Assembly (NCBI GenBank): GCA_965215125.1
Contig: OZ244052.1
Coordinates: 736,001 to 800,000, forward strand
Reading direction: 5' to 3'
Origin: an uncultured candidatus Porisulfidus sp.
Lineage (GTDB): Bacteria > Pseudomonadota > Gammaproteobacteria > Poriferisulfidales > Oxydemutatoraceae
DNA: 64,000 bases
Shown here: in pieces, positions 63,705 through 64,000 of the stretch
Numbering within the stretch: the stretch's first letter is position 1
How the letters are laid out: each line of letters opens with the position of its first letter
The notes under the pieces: model-generated
Told to the model about the DNA's origin: nothing
What the model saw: the letters and a program-made list of their open reading frames with translations, nothing else
The model's database searches: none
Translations under genes and position numbers: made by a program

Positions 63705-64000
63705 CTAGATGGCTTCAAAACAACCTTTATCTCTATTTTTACGCACCTTGTCGGCTGTAAAGATTTCTCCGTTCATCACAATATAAACACCCGGCTGCAA
63801 TAACCGAACCGAAGCCAACGCAAAACCGGTGTTGAATTCGGCATCGCTATTTTTGAAGCGAGCGGGCTGCATCGCACCCGTTAAAACAATTGTTTTCCCA
63901 TCGATGCCTTGCAAGGCACGCGCGGTTTCTATCATCGTATCGGTACCGTGCACGATGATGAAATGCGTGTTTGTATCTTTTGCTATACGCGCATACAGAA
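63705..64000 (-). CDS. Asparaginase-domain protein (5' part outside window)
   Basis: FIIVHGTDTM, IVLTGAMQP, SDAEFN. Confidence 0.85.
   Translation of the reverse strand, partial: LYARIAKDTNTHFIIVHGTDTMIETARALQGIDGKTIVLTGAMQPARFKNSDAEFNTGFALASVRLLQPGVYIVMNGEIFTADKVRKNRDKGCFEAI

Overview
Core-genome segment of a gammaproteobacterium (ftsY, secA, lpxC, waaA/kdkA, tolC, thiC, nadA, selD/mnmH, glyQS, ribF-ileS, glmUS, gshA, argB, algC, dut-coaBC, moaCD, degQ-like, hsp20). Many intergenic spaces carry a modular, nested family of REP/MITE-like repeats. The most striking structure is at 27.8-30.3 kb, an IS110-family element inserted at a CA dinucleotide in a GTAG-type REP hairpin. Its left non-coding end folds by eye into a complete bridge-RNA architecture, with guides matching both the REP target and the element's own circle junction. 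Circularisation would create a TTGATT-17-TATATT promoter. Its recombinase gene is split by an IS481-like element, and an identical second copy splits a sulfatase-LamG gene. Also present: a precursor-less MNIO (DUF692/DUF2063/DoxX) RiPP-maturation cluster, an IS1595 element with a small basic passenger ORF between duplicated GT25 genes, and an orphan amino-methyltransferase. No rRNA, tRNA or CRISPR array was seen. All calls come from motif recognition by eye; no searches were run.
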